A stretch of DNA of 64,000 bases from Lama glama (Eukaryota): positions 106,518,001-106,582,000 of the forward strand of contig CM052817.1 of NCBI GenBank assembly GCA_028534125.1, written 5' to 3'. The notes under the pieces were generated by a model, which was not told the DNA's origin, did not search any database, and saw only the letters and a list, made by a program, of their open reading frames with translations. Below, one piece after another: positions 49,501-62,393 of this stretch. Both the position numbers and the translations under genes were made by a program. Within the stretch, counting starts at the first letter, position 1, and each line of letters starts with the position of its first letter.

Positions 49501-51666
49501 TATATCAATCATTTATTTACACCCTGCTTTATATCCCAAAAGGTTTCTGTAATGGCTTAGAGAAATAGAAACACTTCAATAAGATTATAAAAGGTAAAGA
49601 ATTCTGTGTAAAGAATAAAGGAAAGTCAAAATGTGGGGTGAAATCAGAGAGAATAAATCATGCATATCCAGGCACTGAGGCTAGGCGCACTTTCCCCACA
49701 CAGTCCATTTAAACATTCATCAGTTCAAATTTTATTGTTCATCTTTTGGGGAAAACAGTCCTAATAAAAAACAAATGTGTTTAAACTAAATAGATTTAAA
49801 AACAAACATGTGAAGAACTGGGTAGTAAAAAATAATGGGAGACTGGAAGTCCAGGATAGACAATAATGAAGCTGAAAGGAAAAAGGAAGTACGATATTTA
49901 GTAAGTATCACTTTGATGCAGGCGTGGTTACAGGAACACACACATGAGTGTTACAGCCCTCGGGTAGCTTTGATCCATCCTCTGTATTTCTGTGCCTGGC
50001 TCCATTATAGTAGGGTAGGCGTGGGGAATTTTGATCTTCTAAATTGTTTATAATATATTTATGTTAAATACAAGAAGCCTGTATTTAAATTCATATCATT
50101 TCTTTTCCATTCTTTGTGAAATCATAACCCATAAAATGCTAAACTTGAAAGAAATCAGAATCACGATCTCACATACTTCTTTTACATCTAGGAAATCAAA
50201 ATCTCAAAGGCAAGACATGAGGTGTGCAAATTCTTACTGCTCATTGGGCCAAGCCACTCAAACCTGAAATCCCAGTTTCAGCATTAAACCAAGTACTATG
50301 AACTGATGACACTTGGATTCCTCTGGCTTTGATAAAAGGAGGTATTTAGTCATTTTTGCCCAGCATAATTTTTTACTTGAAATTCAAGCATATTTGAGTG
50401 GAGGACTATCTGCTATCACATCTGTATTCAGTGTGCAGATACAGTGCTCACACTGAACACAATTTGGAAAGACAGGGATACTAGTTTCAGGGATATAAAG
50501 GGAAAATAAAGTAAGAAAGGGCAAGAATGAAAGATTTTTCAACAAAACTTAGGAGAGGTAAGGGAAACTCAGGAAATAGAAACTCAGGCCTACTTTCCAA
50601 TTAAGCTGGGGGAGAGATCGCTGGAATACACGTAAGTCAATTTGTCATATGCGATTTGACATAATTTATCACAAGCAAGAGGAAGGCTGCTATTTTATAT
50701 CAAGGGGAAATGCCAGTGCAGCTATGAATGGTAGATTCAAGAGACTTTAGTCAGCGTTTTTCCAACTAAAAAGCCCGTCTTACTCTGACACCACAGTTAA
50801 CAAGGGTCAAACATCAGGACAGCACTGATAGTTGAATACAAAAGCAGTCACCACACCCAAAAAGCTGGTTATTAAGCCCCTTTGGTGATGCGCAGCAACG
50901 TCAAACATCTTCACGAGCAACTTACTGAAGCGATGATGTGGGTCTTGTAAAATTTCTACCACAGAGAAGATGACAATAAAATATGCAATATCTATTACCA
51001 TCATTATGAGATACAGAAATGTAATTGATATATTTTACAGGTTGTGTTTATTGCTTTATTTGGGGGGAAAGCAAAAAAATTTGTTTTCAGGATTTCATAG
51101 GTGCTCTGGTAAACTTTCCCGGTCCCCTTGACCCCTCCCCCACGGTGAAGTTGAATCTCCAAAATGGACCTGACCCTGGCACAATGAGCAGCATGAAACG
51201 AGACTTGAAATCAATCCTTCTGTTTTGGTTGGAATGCCAAGAACGTAATGGTAACCACCTTTCTTTCAACCCTCACTTACTCAGATTTTGATCTTCATTT
51301 AAAAAAGCATCCCCTGAATTCTTCCTATGCTTTCTGAAGAAATGAATATATGAAAACAGAAGGAACAAAGGAATATCTTCCTCTCCTGTCAAACAATAAC
51401 TGATCACCGGAATTGGGTAAATTCAGGTCTCTGTTAAGATAGAGCAGTATCCAACTTTGAGACCTTCAGCCGAATTTTGGTTTTTGATGCGGATTTATGG
51501 AGCTCTGCATTTGAGTTAGATAAACCTGGAAAACCAACCAAGAAATCTGGAGGGACCTAATGACTGACAGATTATACTACATACAACTCTACAACAGTTC
51601 AGGATAGACCTAAAGAGCATTGGGGAAATGGTACTTAAAGTAACAAGAGAAATCACTCTTATTCCA

Positions 51667-51837
51667 GAGAGAGGGTATAGCTCAACTGGTAGAGTGCATG
51701 CCTAGTACACAAGGTCTTGGGTTCAATTCCCAGCACCTCTTCTAAAAATAAATAAACTTAATTACCCCCTCTTCTGTCAAAATAAAATAGTTAAATAATA
51801 CAATAATAAATAAAATACTTTAAAATTATTTATTAAA
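51667..51837 (+). mobile_element. Vic-1-like tRNA-derived SINE, long form
   Basis: GAGGGTATAGCTCAACTGGTAGAG (A box), GGTTCAATTCCC (B box); TSD AAATCACTCTTATTCCA (51650-51666) versus AAATTACTCCTGTTCCA (51838-51854). Confidence 0.92.
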
Positions 51838-53109
51838 AAATTACTCCTGTTCCAACCACATTACTATTTTATTATAATAGTAGTTTATTCTGCCTACTTG
51901 AGATTTTGCTGATTCTCAAATTTTCAGCCACCAGAGAGCAAAGGAAATCAACAAACCAATCAGTGAGCTCAAACTCTGAAATCGATCAGTAAGGTCACAC
52001 TTCTAAAACGTGTTTCAACTTTGCAAAGGGGATAGTGATATAGCCCATGTCTCCTTGGTAGCATCAAGTGAAAAACTGATTTTTTCTTTATTTGTTCTGA
52101 GAAGTTCCACCTTTATGACAGCTGCCAAAAACTTCACAGAGTGTATGACCATTCAATGTAAGTTTCTCTGCAGACGTTAAATTTCAAAACTGGATGGGAC
52201 TTGAAAAATCATCTTGTAGCTAATTCATCTTCATTTTACAGGAGGCAAGATTACACATTTGGATTTCTAGCTTCATTTCTGAGTATAAAATTGAAGAAAA
52301 TGGACACTGATTGAGTGATAACTTAATTCAAAGGTCCCATTTTTAGCTTCAAAAGAAGCGCTCTATATCTCTATCCATTTGTTCATCTTTAGAAAAGTTG
52401 TAACTAGGACATTAAGGAGCACTTTGAATAACACAAACACTAAAGCAAATAAACAAGTAAGTGATGCTTATCTCTCACCTCTTATAATAGAAAATAGAAC
52501 CAACGTGAGAAAAAGGCATTTTTTGCAAATAGATTGTGTAAGTCAGCACTAAATCAGCTTTCTGCTTTTGAAAAAGTTTTATGTAATAAAAGCAGAAAAA
52601 GTTCTGTACACTTTTCCTTTGGGTGAGTGATTTCTTATCTTAACCCTCTAAATTCGTATCTTCATTTTCTCTCCTTGCCTTATTTCTACTGTGTCTGATC
52701 AAAGATACTGCCACGGAATCTCAGAAAATAGTCTGTTTTCTATTGTTTTGGGGATATTTTAGCAATAGAACACACACCTGAGACTTTTTTTCAAGTAAGG
52801 AAAATACTGATGTGTATTCAAAAAAGAATGTGCATCCTCTTCAGGGTTTTAACTGCAGAGATTCCTGTCTGCCTAGTACATTTATGTTGTAAGTATTAGT
52901 AACCCTTTCAAAGGGAACAAGATTTTATCTCACAGACAAGCTATCTTAGTTTCATTATCGAACCAGAATTTGAGTATAATACACTTTATAGGAGAATTTT
53001 AGTAAGATTATGAAACTAAAATGAATCTAATTCTCGGAAATAATTTGTAAATTATAGAGATTTAATATCGATATTCTAAAATATCTTTGGATATAGAAAA
53101 TACGGTGGG

Positions 53110-53398
53110 AAGCCGACTTACAGGCAGAGAAAACAAACTTGTGGTTATGGGCGGAAGGGGGAGGTAGAGAGATAAACTGAGACTTCAGAATTTTCAGATA
53201 CCAACTACTACATATAAAATAGATGAACAACAAGCTCCTACTGTAGAGCACAGGGAACTATATTCGATATCTTGTGATAGCCTATAATTTAAAAAGAATA
53301 TGAAAAGGAATATATACTTATGTATAACTGGATCACTATACTGTACATCAGAAACTAACACAACATTGTAAGTGAACTATACTTCAATAAAATAAAAT
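53110..53398 (+). mobile_element. Camelid-type L1 3' end
   Basis: GAAAACAAACTTGTGGTTA...CACAGGGAACTATATTC...CTATACTTCAATAAAA. Confidence 0.9.
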
Positions 53399-53409
53399 TT
53401 TTTTTTTAA

Positions 53410-54470
53410 ATGTGCTATGAACCTGGTGCCTAATCCTGGCTCCTGATGTCACTGTCCAATAAAAGAAATCAGCACTCCTGGGAGAAATGACGATTCTTTG
53501 AAAAGAAATCTGTGCTCCTTGGAGAGAGGAGGATTCTTCGACTAAGATGAGGGATGTACAAGATAAACCTCAAGCATCTCGTAGTACCAGAAAGGTGGTC
53601 ATCAAAGCAAAAGGGTGGAGGTATGTCACCCAAACGAAAGAGCCTCCAATGGTCATAAATAGAACAACTTGATTAATAATAATAATAACAACAGCAACAG
53701 TAAACATATGACTATATATTACTCTGAAGTACATGGACAAAGGAACAAAATTAATATCTATGCTGGCATAAGTAAAGGATTGAGTAAGTACATATAGAAC
53801 AGGAGAAAAATCTGTGTAGAAAAACTTAAGTAACTTATGTGAAAATCGTCTTTCAAGGAGGTGAAGAACATTCTCCTACTTCTTAAATGTGGGCCACAGA
53901 GTAACTTGCTTCCAAAGAAGACAGCATGGGAAGAGGGGAAAGGTAACTTTACAGCGAAGAAACGATAAACTTTACCTTCGCCAGGTAATCATGGTTAACA
54001 TCAACCATGATAATTCACAGTCCATATCTTTGAGGTGATGTGATGAAAACGGTATTTTGTCTCTGTGATCGTCGTCCTAAAATACCATAATCTCGGTCCA
54101 ACCAAGAAAAAAAAAATTGAGCAAACCCACGTTGAGGGATATTCTACCAAATGCCTGAACTGTGCTCCTGGAACTGCCCAGGTCATCCAAAGCAAAGAAT
54201 TCTGAGACACTGTCTCAGCCAAGAGGCGCCTTAGCAGGTACAATGAGTAACTGTGATGTGGCACCCTAATGGGACGCTGAAACAGAAATGTAATTAAGGA
54301 AAATTAATGAAATCTGAATAAAATACGGGTTTTCATTAACAATCACTTATTGGTATTAGTCATTAATTGTGAGAAATGGATCAGAGTCATGTTAAATGTT
54401 AGCAATAGGAGAAAGTGGTTTAAGGTGTATGGGGTATCTGCAGTAAAAAATATTGTAAAATAAAATGTAT
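53410..54470 (+). mobile_element. Old L1 (L1MD/L1MC-type) 3'UTR
   Basis: CCAATAAAAGAAATCAGCACTCCTGGGAGAAATG..., GAGGGATATTCTACCAAATGCCTGA, ATGAAATCTGAATAAAAT. Confidence 0.8.
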
Positions 54471-55779
54471 GGTTTTTAGAAGAGTAATGGGAAATGTTTC
54501 TGAAATTGAAGAATGGGGGGAAAATCATTTTTAATAATAGAAGCAATCACTATGAAATTGTTCAGAATACATTTCCTAGACCAGACATAACTTCTGCTCC
54601 TTACAGATAAAACTAGAGAATATTTTAGAACAACTTGCAACCACCCTTTCATTCACCAAGCATTTATTAAGCACCTAATATTTTATATATCTTATATATT
54701 TACCCCGATGAAGATAGTAATAATATCATCTGATATTTAGTAAGTAGTAAAGACGAGGTAAGTGTTATTTTTTGTGCATTCTCTGAATCATAAAAGCAAA
54801 ACAGGACTTTTGCATTTGAAAAACACAAGAAAGTTGCAAGAAGTGTTTGTGAGTCTTCATTTTCAAGAAGGATGATCGGTCTAATGGAATCAGCAACTGA
54901 GGCTAAATAAAGCTGAAACCATATTCCAAGCGTGCGTTTTAAGTTCAGGTGTTTTTTGCCTCAGTGATTACAGCTGCGGATACTCGGGGAAGACAAAGAG
55001 GTGTGACAGAATCAAGGCTTAAGTCACATAAATTCAACCTTCTATTTCCTGGTGAAGCCAACATGATTTCTCATTATAGCAACAGGATAGGTTGCTCTTT
55101 ACAGTTTAATTAGCTAGGAGTATGTCCAGAATGTTTATGAAACACCTAATTAGAGGTCATGATTATCAGCACATATGAATAAACAGAGACGATTTCTCCA
55201 AATACACTCTGTTCATTCATTCTAAAGCCTAGAAAACTTTTTTTTTAATTCAAAATTACAAATAGTGGGAAATAACTCTAGCCTCACTCAAAGGGACCTT
55301 AAAATACTGCCATAATTATCAGATGAAACCTCAAAAAGTTCATACGACCTTGAACACCAATACCTCTGCCAATTGTCTGTAAATTTATCAAAATTTTCAT
55401 GTTAAATTTTTTTCTATGATTTTAAGTTATACCCTAGAAGTAGCAGCTTCATAAACAGACTTTTTTGTTTTGTTTTGTTTCCCAAGATAGGACGAGGCTC
55501 TGTGTAATGTAACAGAATGCAAGAATGAGGAGAAAGTCAAATGATGTATCTTCAGATAACTCTATAACCTGGAAATACCACAAATGCACATTGGTATTGT
55601 ACTGTTTTGGTCTTGATTTGTACAAGAAAATGTGATTCCTTTTTATTTCCACTGTTGACAAAAGCGCATTCACTTCCTAAGCGTTGTGACAAGACAATTA
55701 CTCCAATTATAGGAAAGCAGCCCCAGTAACGAGATGGTAAGTGCACCAGCCTGACTTTCCAGCTGACTGGCAGCACCGT

Positions 55780-56240
55780 GAAAACTTACTGAATTAGAAT
55801 ATATGTACAGAACTGTACCCATAAGTCCGTAAGCTTAATTTTTTTCAGAAACTGAGCACGTCCACGTGAGGCTCTACTAGCTTGATTACGGTACTAGGAA
55901 TCAGAAGTCTCTCTAATGCCCCCTCCAGTCACCACCCAGCGAGAGTAACCACTGTCTCTACTTCAAACATCATGGGTTAGTTTCACCTGGTTCATAGGTT
56001 ATTTGATTGGACTCATACAGCGCGCAGTGCTCTGTGTCTGACTCCTTTCATTCGACACTTGTGTTTGCGTGATTCATTCATACCGTTTACCTATTTCCCT
56101 CCTGAGAGGCATTTGGGCAGCTTACAGTTTGGGACTAACACAAATACTGCTGAGATGAACATTACAATGCAGGATTTTGGGTGAATATGCATACACATTT
56201 CTGTTGGGTTTTTAGGTTTTAGATTTTGCACATGGTCTGC
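55780..56240 (-). mobile_element. L1ME-type 3' fragment
   Basis: GTAACCACTGTCTCTACTTC...GGCATTTGGGCAGCTTACAGTTTGGGACTA...CATTTCTGTTGGG. Confidence 0.75.
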
Positions 56241-56872
56241 TCCAGCAGGTATTACTGCCGGCTTTTGAAAAGTAGAAATTCACTTAAAAGCCACAAAATA
56301 CTTATGTGTAAAACTAAAACACAAATAAATTCTATTCCAAAAGGAAGCCAGCAAGCTGGCGTGGCTAGCCTCTCAACCCCGAACTTTTGAGTATCAAGGA
56401 TGAAATGTCTCTGTGAAAAGAAAAAGTATCTGAGTAAACAAAATAAAATATTCTTCCAGTCCTTTTTACATCAAAAAAAAGTTCCATTGGTGACTACTCT
56501 TCAAAAGACTGACTTTCACGAAAGGCATCTTTAATAGTGTGGGTGATGTATTCTAAATTTTGATTTTGTGGGTAATGGAAAGAGTGCTCATTGGGGCATA
56601 CAGAGGCATCCGGAAAGCGCTGTCACATACAACACGTCAGAATAACCGATAGCACGCTCTGTAAAGAAAATTAATTTAAATACGTCAGGTGAAAACACAC
56701 CTTTCTTGAAAGACAACTTATTTTTGTATAAGAAGTGCATCTTATTTATTGCCTACATGGGCAGGTAATATATTCAGGATTTTCCAATGTATTCCTTTGT
56801 GACAAAACAGACTTCAAACGTTTATCATGAGTGCTACCCCTTCTCAAATCCTCTTGCACTTAATATATTCTT

Positions 56873-56985
56873 TATTTTTTCTGAGAAGAGTTATTTATTT
56901 TTTACTGTTTTATTTTTTTAATGGAGGTACTGGGGATTGAACCCAGGACCTCGTGCATGCCAAGCATAAGCTCTACCCTCCCCCT
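56873..56985 (-). mobile_element. Vic-1-like tRNA-derived SINE with A-box deletion
   Basis: ATGGAGGTACTGGGGATTGAACCCAGGACCTCGTGCATGC; TSD ACTTAATATATTCTT (56858-56872) versus ACTTAGTGTATTCTT (56986-57000). Confidence 0.92.
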
Positions 56986-57774
56986 ACTTAGTGTATTCTT
57001 ATCATATTTATTAGTTAATTATAGCATTCTGTGTTTCTAATTAACAAAATGTTTCCTTTTTTTATGACTATACCAAACATGATAAACTATCATTTTAAAT
57101 AAAAGTTAAAAGTCTTGAAAAACACATGGCAATATTATTTCTATGATTCTTTGATAAATGATACATTGCCCACATGCGGGGGCTTCTTTGTTCTCACTAT
57201 AGATTAATAAATTAAAAATGTGATGTTTTGTAAACATTCTGTTTCATCTTCTACAATTTTGTTGTCTGGTAAATAATTATGGACATTGAAAAGTTCAATG
57301 ATTCTCCTTGCAGTAATAGCCGTTCCAAAAGCAACATACATCTACATCACGTTAATTACCATTTCACATGCTGAGGACAGAATTTATTGACCTTCAAAGC
57401 ACTTCAGATGCTTTTCTCATCAGAGACACTATACAAGAATATCTCCACTGATGAATTCAATATGCGGAATGTTACTAACATCAGAGATTACATCTGTTTA
57501 TGTATTTAGGTGTGTGTCTAAACCTGTGTTCTTGCACATCAATTCTTGTACAGATAGATTACACATGTGCACATAATGGCTCAGTTAAAATGAATGTTAT
57601 TAGTCATTGACTTAACAAATATTTTAAGTTTCCCATCTATGAAGTTATGTCAAACTTGAAAATAGAGTTGTTGTTTTCCTTTAACGTGTTGAGTACAAAA
57701 GCTTAATGACAAAAACAAACTGGGACAATCACTTGCAACACATACAACAGGGAAAGGACTAGTTCTTTCACGTA

Positions 57775-58212
57775 TAAGGCAGGGTAAAGATGGCTGTACA
57801 TTTAACACTCCTTCCTTCCAGAGGTATAGTCTATTTCCTCTCTCCTTGACTTTGAACTTACCAGTGATTGCTTTGACGCTAGAGTTAAGCAAAAGTGATG
57901 CTATGTTCATCCAGGCCTTTCTTTTAAAAGATCTGCAGTTTCTTCCTTGATTATTTGGAGCCCTGAGGCCACGAAAGTTACTGGCCACACCCAGAGACAA
58001 TGGAAAGAGAGATGCTTGACTATCCCACAGGGGTTCTGTGAACAAAACTGACTGCAGTCCCATTGTTATCTGACTGCCAGCACAGGAGAGGCACCATACA
58101 AAGACTACCCAGCTGAGACCATCATTTGATGGCCTCAGAACCATAAAAGATAATAATAAATTATTATTTTGTCATTGAGCCTTTAGAATGGTTATGAAAC
58201 AACGGATAACAA
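57775..58212 (+). mobile_element. Old MaLR LTR (MLT1H/I/J-like)
   Basis: GGTAAAGATGGCTG...CTCAGAACCATAAAAGATAATAATAAATT...GGATAAC. Confidence 0.75.
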
Positions 58213-58294
58213 GAAAAATGCAAGACTTCCTACGAAGCAAATAGAGAAATCCAGCAACCAAAACAAACAAAAGAGCAAAAGGTAAATGGTAGAC

Positions 58295-58826
58295 TATATT
58301 TTCCAATGATAGCCACAAGAGGTACTCCCGTCCCAGAGGGTCTTCCACACCGTCATCAAGAGTCCTGATTCTCCTCCTCTTGGATCTAGGCTGACTGACT
58401 TGACGTCATTAACCAATAGAATATAAATGAAATAACATTCTGGGACATCTAAGGCAAAGTCATAAAAAGCCTTACAGTTATCAGCTGACTGTCTTGGAAC
58501 ACTCACTCTCAGGATGCACCTCAGAATCCAGCTGGCAAGTCAGGAGACCCAAGCCACATGGACCTGCCAGGTGTAGGTGTGCAAGTGAGTGGTCCAAGCT
58601 GAGCTCCCAGCAAACAACCAGCATCAACCGTCAGTCATGTGAGTGTGCGACCTTGGATGTCTAGACTAGTTGAGAATTCAGTGGACTGAAGTCTCATGTA
58701 CCACCTAACTGTGACTGCCGGAAAGACCCCAAGAAAGGACTGCCTGCTCCCACGAATTCATGAGACTCGTTTTGGAGCTTCTAAGTTTGGGGGTCAATTT
58801 TTATACAGTAATAGAAACTGGTAACT
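58295..58826 (+). mobile_element. Old MaLR LTR (MLT1F/G/H-like)
   Basis: TATTTTCCAATGATAGCCACA...CTAAGTTTGGGGGTCAATTTTTATACAGTAATAG. Confidence 0.75.
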
Positions 58827-58939
58827 GTGGCTTATTTTATGTCTTATCTCACATGCTGCAATTTGACCCCCAACAAAAAGCTGTTGTTGATTTTTTGGTC
58901 TTCATTTTATTAAATCTGGATAGTCCCTGCGGCTGCCTT

Positions 58940-61545
58940 GAGTGATATGGTAGAAGACGTGGTATGCTGTGCCCTTTCCTGATATAGTCTTTAAATGATC
59001 TGCAGGGAAAAGAATAGAGGGCAATGGAAAAAGAGCTATGTTACTGGAGGACCCTTATCAAGGTCACAACTAGCTCCAAGACACAGGTGCACTAAAACAC
59101 TGAGATTTAATTGGAAAACTACAGAACATTCTCTGCCTTCATACTCCATGACCACATCAGCAAGGCTCCTGTATAATAAGTGGATTAAACTGAAAGAGTT
59201 GCAGAGACTCATCTCTGAGGGGAAGTACTTAGGAAAGCACAAAATGAAGAAAGGAGATACAAACAAAGACCCTAGAAGGATGTACAGCCTCTTATACCAA
59301 TAGCAAACATTAAACAGAGCTCAGTACCTAGCCAGAGCAACCCAAATCTTCATGCTAAAGGCCTATTGACTGCAGCTCCTACCACCTGATACATGTCCAG
59401 CTTTCAACAGAAAATTACAAGGCGTGTCAAAACACGAGGAAAAACCCAGCTTGAAGAGAAAAGCAAGTGTCAGAATTTGACTCAGATATGACACAAGTGT
59501 TGGAATTATTAAAGAACTGAATTTAAATTAACTATGATTAATATGTTATTGGATCTAAAGAGGAAAGCAGGCAACATGAAGGAACTGATTGGTAAGGTAA
59601 GAAAATAAACTCAAGGAAAGAATCAAGAGGAAAAGCTAGAATTCAAAAACACTGTAACAGGAATGAAGAATGATTTAGAGGCTAACCAACAGGTAGATTA
59701 GACACAGCCAAGGGAAGAATCAATTTGATGGAAGATAGATCAACAGAAATTTTCAAAATAAAATGCAAAGAGGAAAACATTTAAAAAACAGAAAATCCAA
59801 GAAGTTTGGAGAATTTTAAATGGCATAACATACACTTAACTGAAATACCAGAGAAGAATAGAGAGCAGAAGTAATATTTGAGGCAATATTAATTGAGAAG
59901 TTTTCAAAATAAATGGCAGATACCAAATCACAGATTCAGGAATCTCAGAAAACACTTAACAGGATAACTATAAGGAAAAGGAAAAACACTGGACACATTA
60001 GCATATCATACTCAAACTTTAGAAAATTGAAGACAAAAAGAAAATTAAAGAAACCAAAGAAAGAATTCCATATCTCCACGGGAACATGGATAAGAATTAT
60101 GGGAGGCTCCTCATCAAAAACCATTCAAGCAGGAAGAGAATAAAATGTCGTTTAAATTTTGAAAAAAAGAAAAAACACTCACCTAAAGTTGCATATCCAG
60201 CAAAATTATCCTTCAAGAGTGAAGAAGGAATGAAACTTCCTTAGACAAAAACAAAGGAAATTCATCACCAGAAACTTATGCTGAAGAAAATATTAAAATA
60301 ATTCAGGCAAAAGAAAAATAACATATATCATAAACTTAGATCTATGTAAAAGAAAAAAAGAGCACCAGAGAAGGAATAAATTAAGACTAGTTAAAATGTC
60401 TTAATTTTATTCTTAATTGATCAAAACATAATTCTTTTGAAAGTAATAGAGTAACAATGTATTAGATGGTCATTGCCTATGGTTAAAGTTTATGACAGCA
60501 ATATCAGAAGAAAAAGGAGAAAAAAATTCAGAATATTCTGCTTTAAGACACTTGTACTACTTTTAAAGTGGTATAGTATTATTTGAAGATGAAGTTACAT
60601 TAAAAGTGTGTATGATAAAGCTTAGGTAAGTCACTAAGGTTTTTTTTAAGATATAATTGATATACTAAGAAAGGAGACAAAATTGAATCATGCAAAATGT
60701 TTACTTAAAATCAAATAAAACAGAAAATGAGGGAAGGAAACAAAGAATGCAGGAAATGGACAGAAAACAGTTGTACACATGGTAATTATTAGTCAAAGTA
60801 CATAAGGAGTACTTTAAGTTTGAATGGGTCTATATCAATTAAAAGACTCATAATGTAAGAGTAGATAGAAATAAAAAGAACCAAGTATAGTTATCAATAA
60901 GAAAAGCACTTTAAATGTAAAGAATTACATAGGTTAAAAAATAAAGGGATGGAGAAAGATATACCATGAAAACATCAATTTTAGAAAAAAAAAAGCTGGA
61001 GTAATTATAGTTCTAGCAGGGAAACCCAACATCAGAACAAGGAAAGTGATCAGGGATGAGGAGCAGCATTACACAAGGGCAAAGTGGTCAACTCTCCAAG
61101 AAGGCATAACAGTCCTAAAACCGTATGTACCCAAGAACAGAAGGCTAAAATACATGAAGCAACAACTGATAGAAATGAAAGGAGAAGTAGAAAAATCCAC
61201 AGTTCTGGTTGGAGACTTCATCTCTTTCTTAGCAATAAATCAACCAGGCATACAATCAGTAAAGATATACCTGACCTGAACATCACTAGCAGTCAACTTG
61301 ATCTGACATTGACTGAACACTCCATCCTAGAACAGTAGAACACACATTCTTCTCAATCTCATGGAAAAGTCACCCAAATAGACCAACTCTGGGTGACATA
61401 TTAACACCTTTTAAAAAACAGAAACCCTACAAAATATGTTCTCAGACCTTAACATAACTAAATCATGAAACAGTAACAGAATGATAGCTGGAAGACTCAC
61501 AAATATTTGGAAATTAAACAGCACATTTCTTAACCATACTGAAAA
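58940..61545 (+). mobile_element. Old L1 (L1MC/MD-type) 5' half: 5'UTR end, ORF1 remnant, ORF2 endonuclease remnant
   Basis: MADTKSQIQESQKTLNRI (ORF1-like) and IRDEEQHY...ITVLKPYVPKN...STVLVGDF (L1 endonuclease motifs). Confidence 0.9.
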
Positions 61546-62320
61546 TATAAAGCACGCTGCCGGTTGAATAATGTTTGGCTGTTTCCTGTTTCTGCTAAGA
61601 AAATTAAAAATTTCATGTCGAGTTTCATCTATAAATGAGAACATCTTGATGGTAAATGTTATAAGCATAATACAGTATAATCCCCATGAAGTAAACTATT
61701 AAGAATGTTATAATTTTACTTAGTGCAGAAGCATGTTTCGTGGGATTAGGGATTAAAATGCTATATTATAATAGTATTTGCTAATGTCTCTCCATAGAAA
61801 TTGTCTACTATAGAGAAAACCCAAAAGAATTTTTTTCTTCAAATTAGACACATTTTTATCAATTAAAACAGTAATTGAAATCTATTATATTTAAGAACCA
61901 ATCTAAGATTTTGAATATTGATAATATTATTAGTAGAGTCTTTCATTTCCATTTCACATGCTAAGAGTACTTTTGCAGAAGGTAATTTCTGCAGAGGAAG
62001 ATTACAATAATCTCCTTCAGTGAACAGTGAAATCTGGGAAAAATTTGATTTCTAGGCCATTTCTCAAATGGTCTGAGATTAAGAAGTTTCATTTGGGGCA
62101 AAACATGTAATGATAAAATACTTTAAAAAAATTTTCCTCCAAAATTAAACTAAAGCTTACACTGCAGTGTCAGCAATCAGTATAGATATAGAATAGAATA
62201 CAATATAAATTAGAAAAGAATGTTCATAAAATAATCTATATTCTAATAGAAAGATAAATGAAAACTTCATTTTTTATTTCACTAAAAGTTTATTTAAACT
62301 ACAGATACTTCCCTCACCAT

Positions 62321-62393
62321 TTCAAATGTTACTTAAATTTCAAATGTTACTTACATTTACTAACAATTTTAAATGTTACTTCAATTTACTAAC
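62321..62393. repeat. Imperfect tandem repeat, three copies of AAATGTTACTT
   Basis: Visible directly; units of unequal length, two followed by ATTTACTAAC. Confidence 0.8.

Noticed and set aside
53460..53540. About 40-bp tandem duplication (AAAAGAAATC...GATTCTT twice)
   Set aside because: Ordinary local duplication inside an old L1 3'UTR; not an array.
54700..55745. Plus-strand GTAAGT donors near 54760 and 55737 as exon ends
   Set aside because: Upstream acceptors are weak, and the segment before 55737 has stops in all three frames. They also show that such motifs arise by chance, which tempers the minus-strand exon hypothesis.
45882..56985. Three tRNA-like sequences
   Set aside because: They have A-tails, TSDs (clear for two) and decayed stems, so they are SINEs rather than tRNA genes.
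57650..58144. 164-aa minus-strand ORF
   Set aside because: Lies antisense across an old MLT1 LTR and an L1 scrap; no recognisable domain.
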